Source of the DNA: Octopus vulgaris
Taxonomy: Eukaryota
Direction of reading: 5' to 3'
Assembly: GCA_951406725.2 (NCBI GenBank)
Contig: OX597816.1
Span: 159,650,001 to 159,714,000, forward strand
DNA length: 64,000 nt
Under the pieces are notes generated by a model, which worked only from the letters and a program-made list of their open reading frames with translations, was not told the origin of the DNA and searched no databases. A program made the position numbers and the translations under genes. Positions 63,549 through 64,000 of this stretch are shown piece after piece. The number at the start of each line of letters is the position of its first letter. The first letter of the stretch is position 1.

Positions 63549-63709
63549 CAATATCCTCTGCAGGCCTATGTCAAATTAACAACATGGATATGAGAAAAGG
63601 ATGTGGAATGTGGAAGACTTTATGTATATATATATATACATATAAAGTCTTCCACATCCTTTTCACATATACATGTTGCTAATGTGACATAGGCCTGCAG
63701 AGGATATTG
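63549..63709. repeat. ~160-bp palindrome with (TA)n centre
   Basis: caatatcctctgcaggcctatgtca pairs with tgacataggcctgcagaggatattg. Confidence 0.85.
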
Positions 63710-64000
63710 TTTAGATTTTATTTTAGTGCCCATTACTTTTAGAAACAGAATGATTTCTTTCAATTAGCAGTCATATATTTGTAGGAAGAAGACAAAAGTC
63801 CTTTCATACTTGTCATGTTGTAGTTGTTCAGCTGAAGCTCAGCGTGATTGAGCAGATCTATGTCCAAAAATGTTCTGGCTGCAGTGATATTATTCAATGT
63901 GTAATTCTATTTTTATTATGATAGAGTGTAATTTGCAGGCAATTCAGCTTCTATTTTTTACCACCTGAGAGGCCATGTTGAGTCTCTCACATTGTCTTGG

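Overview
This window is AT-rich eukaryotic, non-coding DNA (intronic or intergenic), dense with (TA)n, (CA)n, (CT)n and (CAT)n microsatellites. The repeat complement looks like a cephalopod (Octopus-type) genome; that assignment is an inference. No intact protein-coding gene is visible, and nearly all ORF-track entries are microsatellite or repeat artefacts. Retroelements: a decayed, 5'-truncated Dong/R4-clade RLE non-LTR retrotransposon (31074-33432, minus strand) inserted in (TAA)n, plus a second Dong-like relic; RTE and CR1/Jockey-group LINE fragments; many short RTE 3'-UTR copies; and at least four SINE families. DNA-transposon derivatives: hAT, Tc1/mariner, pogo/Tc2, TTAA-flanked and Helentron-type (HINE) non-autonomous elements, often nested with recognisable target-site duplications (TSDs). 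The most interesting signals are two. (1) Sequence-unrelated, (TA)n-embedded fold-back elements share one architecture, and several carry decayed type-I hammerhead-ribozyme motifs, suggesting Penelope-like/retrozyme relics. (2) A candidate 18-nt microexon on the minus strand (28530-28547) has a UGC-containing 3' splice site. Repeat boundaries were placed by eye and are approximate except where a TSD is quoted.
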